From Macrostomum lignano (Eukaryota): DNA of 64,000 nt. Numbering within the stretch: the first letter of the stretch is position 1; the number at the start of each line of letters is the position of its first letter. Below the pieces are notes generated by a model. The model was not told the origin of the DNA and searched no databases. It saw nothing but the letters and a program-made list of their open reading frames with translations. Shown one piece after another: positions 60,501 through 64,000 of this stretch. The translations under genes were made by a program, and so were the position numbers. The DNA lies in the NCBI GenBank assembly GCA_002269645.1, contig NIVC01001194.1, forward strand, positions 124,001 through 188,000, read 5' to 3'.

Positions 60501-62414
60501 ATGGAGGAGACTCGATGGTCCGGGAGACGGAAAAGCAGAGACTCCGACAGGCAAGTCAAGACCTCACGACGTGCAACAGCTGACAGGTCGGCGACTGCTC
60601 GAGCTGCTGCGTCGGCGGCGGCGGTCGCTGCCGTCAGAACAGCGATGGTGAGCAGCGAAAAGCGCGGATTTCGGCGCTATCATTCGTGGCGCCATGACTT
60701 TTTTTCGCGTCATTGAGTTTTAGTGCCTTGATAGAACTTTCACTCCATAAAATTGGCGCCGTTTTAATTTTGGCGGCGTTAAAATTTTGGCACCGCATGA
60801 ACTTTGGCGCCGTTCGGATTTTGGCGCCACATGTATTTTGGTGCCGTTTCTATTTTGGCGCCGTTTAAATTTTGGCGCCGTTTCAATTTTGGCGCCGTTT
60901 CGATTCTGGCGCCGTTTCAATTTTGGCGCCGTTTCAATTTTGGCGCCGTTTCAATTTTGGCGCCGTTTCGATTTTGGCGCCGTTTCAATTTTGGCGCCGT
61001 TTCAATTTTGGCACCGTTTCAATTTTGCTGCTGTTGAATTTGGCGCTGCATGAGTTTTGGCGCCGTTAGGTTGTAAAACAAATGCAGAAATTCTGACAAC
61101 TCAAAACAATCCTAAATATGTTTTTCATCACTTATAAATTGTGCATTAAAGTGTATTAAACTACTGTCGAATTCAGTAGTATAAATGCCACCGAATATGC
61201 GAATTACAAATTAAAAACAAGTTTTCATCCACAAAATTTTAGAAATCTCGAGGCGATGACGGGCGACACCCGAGCGGAGATGCTGGTGGCGAAGGCGCAG
61301 ATGCGGCGGGTGTCTACCAGCTGGTCAGCCAGAAAAGCCTTTTTCGATCGTTCGCTCGCAGCACAGCCACCCACGGGGTGAACCACCTGACTGACGAGAG
61401 CAGCGGCAGGAGCAGGCAGTTGCTATGGAGCTGCTTCCTGATCGCTGCGGGCCTGGGGCTGCTGCTGCACTTCAGCCAGCTCATCGCCAGGTACGCGGAG
61501 TACCAGGTGAACACGGAGATTGTTCAGGAGGCTGCCGAGTTTGAAATGCCGGACATCACTTTCTGTCCGAATGACTACGCGAGCAGATACTACTCGAATG
61601 TGAGTAGGCTGTGCGGGTAGTATGTGTCATAAATCATTTAATAATTTATTAAGTTCACTAGATTAGCAATCCATTGTAGATCCCAATGATTGGCTAGATT
61701 AGCAATCCATTCTGTTCCTCCAACAATCAGGAAGTGAACATCACGAACCGCTATGGTGCCTGGCGCACTCTAAACGATATTCCCTACGACATTGCGCGAG
61801 TTTGGCACCTGTTGAAGAACTGGACAACTGACATGCCGCTGTACCCCTACAGCAGTTACTGGGATGCCCGGCTGTCGCTCAAACAAATCGCCTACAGGTG
61901 AGCGGTTGCACACAGCAATGTACCATATTCAACAACTTCTTATTCCCCTTTGTTGCCTCCCAACGGGGGGCGCAGATTGCTAGTTCAAGCTCACAATGGA
62001 TTGAACCTCACAAAAAACCTCCACACTGCGCAGAAGCGAATCCTTCGCTCCGATGCACGAAGCGCTGATCTACTGCCGCTTCAACGGCGCCCCCTGCTCC
62101 TACCGCAACTTCACTCTGTACAAGGACAACACCCTGTTCCTGTGCTTCACTTTCCAACCCGACACCCGACGGCTCGTCCGCAGCGGCCCAAGCGGCGGCC
62201 TCAGCCTGGTGCTGTACAACTCTGCTGACAGCTTCCTGACCGAGCAGGAGCAGCTGTTCCACCTGCCGGCCTTCCTGGCCTCCGTGCACCCGCCTGGCAC
62301 CGCGGCGGATTTTGAGAAGTCGGCCTTCACCGCGCCGCTGGGGCACATCACTATGGCCAGCCTCTGGATGCAGAGCAGCTACAAGGCGGGTTGTGCACAG
62401 CCTGTCTGCCTGCC

Positions 62415-62451
<37 letters not shown>

Positions 62452-62490
62452 GCCTGTCGGCCTGTCTGTCTGTCTGTCTGTCTGTCTGCC

Positions 62491-62527
<37 letters not shown>

Positions 62528-63463
62528 GTCTGTCTGTCGGTCTGTCTGTCTGCATGCTAATCTGGTAGCCCAGTCCAGACAAACGAACCACATTCGATAC
62601 TGCAGGTCGCCCGACGCAGTCAGCCCTGCGTGCCGCAGCGGCACCCAGTCAGCTACGTGATGGACTACTCAAGTCCCAAGCCGTCTGTTAGACAGTTTCG
62701 AGGAAATCGAGACGACTGCCTGCTGCTGGCCAGGCACAAGGAGTTTCTTAGAGACTGCGGGTGCGTGGCCGATCACCTGCTGATTCCAGAGGAGGTGCTC
62801 CAGAGCGGGCTGGGGCTGTGCCATCAACTGGATGACGAGGTGTTCTTCAGGTGAGGACTTTGTGGTGGGTGAATACGGCTCGTACTTTAGGGATGGATGT
62901 ACTTTAGATTAAGGGATGCATGTACCTTAGGTAAGGAATGGGTGTACTTTACGTTAATCGATTAATGTACTTTAGGTAATAGATGGGTGTATATTAGGTA
63001 AAGGATGGATGTACTTTTTTCAAGGGATGAGTGTACTTTAGGTAAGGAATGGGTGTACTTTAGGTAAGGAATGGGTGTACTTTAGGTTAAGGGTTGGTGT
63101 ACTTTAGGTAAGGAATGGGTGTACTTTAGGTTAAGGGTTGGTGTACTTTAGGTAAGGAATGGAAACTTTCGGGATGGAAACTTTAATTAAGATATGCAGA
63201 CAATGTGGAATACTAAATTTGGTTTGCTCAGTATGCACAAATTTAATATTTTAATATTTCTCAACTCCTAAAAAATAATTCAGAGACATCTTCTTTGGCA
63301 TCGGCGACAAGCTGTTCTACACCATACGAAACATCAGCAGCGGCAAGTACGGCCGCCTTGACGACTTTCTGTTTGGCGACCGGCGGGAAAAGTTTCTGGC
63401 GTCGCAGAGGAACATTCACTGCTTCTATCGGGTGAAGAAGAGACAGGAGACTGTTGGGATTGA
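60501..63463 (+). CDS. DEG/ENaC (amiloride-sensitive sodium channel family) subunit; 5' part, TM2 lies right of the window
   Basis: Exons 60501-60647 (start could instead be the ATG at 60645), 61243-61599, 61731-61897, 62034-62385, 62606-62850, 63284-63463. Motifs: pre-TM1 STATHG, TM1 LLWSCFLIAAGLGLLLHFSQLI, FEMPDITFCPN (FPAVTxCN-like), CRFNGAPC, CFTFQP, thumb DCGC. One junction requires a GC-AG intron. Confidence 0.88.
60750..61068. repeat. 17-bp minisatellite (ttttggcgccgtttcaa), DEG/ENaC intron 1
   Basis: About 18 units. Confidence 0.9.
62401..62551. repeat. (CTGT)n microsatellite, DEG/ENaC intron 4
   Basis: Read directly. Confidence 0.93.
62878..63162. repeat. ~22-bp minisatellite (tgtactttaggtaaggaatggg), DEG/ENaC intron 5
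   Basis: About 13 degenerate units. Confidence 0.85.
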
Positions 63464-63507
63464 GTGAGTGCGGCTGGATGAACATTGAGTCGGCGTGTCA
63501 ATCAATC

Positions 63508-64000
<493 letters not shown>

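Overview
Eukaryotic, intron-rich animal DNA. About a third of the window (my rough sum is ~22 kb) is tandem repeat; this style suggests a repeat-rich invertebrate such as the flatworm Macrostomum, which is inference only. I rebuilt four spliced genes by hand, with splice phases consistent throughout. (1) The 5' part of an L-type (Cav1) calcium channel alpha-1 gene on the minus strand, covering domain I and the AID and running off the left edge. (2) A laminin beta chain gene on the plus strand, apparently complete (21 exons, ~1862 aa), head-to-head with Cav1 across ~22 kb of satellite-rich DNA. (3) An unrecognised type I membrane protein (~637 aa) with signal peptide, Cys-rich Ig-like domain, Thr-rich stalk, TM helix and long tail. 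(4) The 5' part of a DEG/ENaC channel gene running off the right edge. Mobile DNA includes four copies of a tRNA-derived CORE-type SINE, a non-autonomous Helitron, an internally deleted Tc1/mariner element, two LINE remnants and a possible hAT-like MITE. About 40 micro- and minisatellite arrays generate almost all the long repetitive ORFs in the track. There is no CRISPR array, rRNA or intact tRNA. I cannot demonstrate a new biological system. The best leads are the orphan receptor, the divergent Cav1 AID and N-terminus, the thumb-insert DEG/ENaC, an alternative laminin C-terminus, transposon-carried satellites, and a 21-bp array whose main variants are synonymous in one frame.
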